A stretch of DNA of 64,000 nt from Octopus sinensis (lineage: Eukaryota), in NCBI RefSeq assembly GCF_006345805.1, contig NC_043006.1, positions 17,608,001-17,672,000 of the forward strand, written 5' to 3'. Below the pieces are notes generated by a model that saw nothing but the letters and a program-made list of their open reading frames with translations, was not told the origin of the DNA and did no database searches. The position numbers and the translations under genes were made by a program. Below are positions 63,385 through 64,000 of this stretch, piece by piece (position 1 is the first letter of the stretch; each line of letters opens with the position of its first letter).

Positions 63385-63710
63385 GTGAGGGCGCGTGGTT
63401 TAGTGGTTAGGGCATTCGGCTCATGATCGTAAGGTTGTGAGTTCGATTCCCAGCGATGCGTTGTGTCCTTGAGCAAGACACTTTATTTCACGTTGCTCCA
63501 GTCCACTCAGCTGGCAAAAATGAGTTGTACTTGTATTTCAAAGGGTCAGCCTTGTCACTCTCTGTGTCACGGTGATTATCCCTGAGAACTACGTTAAGGG
63601 TACACGTGTCTGTGGAATGCTCAGCCATTTGCACGTTAATTTCACGAGCAAGCTGTTCCGTTGATCGTATCAGCTGGGACCCTCGTCGTCGTAACCGGCG
63701 GAGTCTTTTT
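63385..63710 (+). mobile_element. tRNA-derived SINE family S4, full length, 11 bp TSD
   Basis: A-box tggtttagtgg, B-box gagttcgattcc, T-rich end; TSD tattacccatt at 63374-63384 and 63711-63721. Confidence 0.92.
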
Positions 63711-64000
63711 TATTACCCATTATGGCAAAAATATGCTTCCAATCTTACTTGTTATATGACAGGTAACACTCTAGTATTTTTATAATTCTGAGATGAATTA
63801 TGAAGATTGATGTTGTTATGGTTACATTTTTTAATCATCTTCAAGAACCGTGTCTTTGCATATATTTGCTTTCTTTCAGCTGGAATTGCATTCACAAAAC
63901 TTTGTTGTAATTGACAGTTCTGCATTCATATCCTGTACGTCATAATACCACCATGATGAAAATGAAATGGGGCCCATTTAGAGAATATGTCAATCAAAAG

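Overview
AT-rich eukaryotic DNA, most likely from an octopus (inferred from the tRNA/CORE-type SINE families, the RTE (ATG)n tails and the microsatellite density; no database search was possible). There is no intact long ORF, no real tRNA or rRNA gene and no CRISPR array. Most of the window is transposon-derived: at least six tRNA-headed SINE families, 5'-truncated RTE and CR1/L2-type LINEs, three TTAA-flanked (piggyBac-type) MITE families, Tc1/mariner and hAT MITEs, a decayed DD37D-like mariner transposase, an internally deleted hAT element, non-autonomous Helitron-like elements, a Penelope-like relic and a 2.7 kb (TA)n/(TATG)n array. Several short splice-site-bounded open segments suggest introns and small exons of one or more + strand genes that I could not identify. 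The most notable observation is at 49498-49833: a tRNA-Ser-like Pol III head joined to a minimal type I hammerhead-ribozyme motif (degenerate at the cleavage triplet in this copy), with an inverted partial duplicate. This resembles a Penelope-dependent SINE or retrozyme. Coordinates of degenerate repeats are approximate (about 10 bp).
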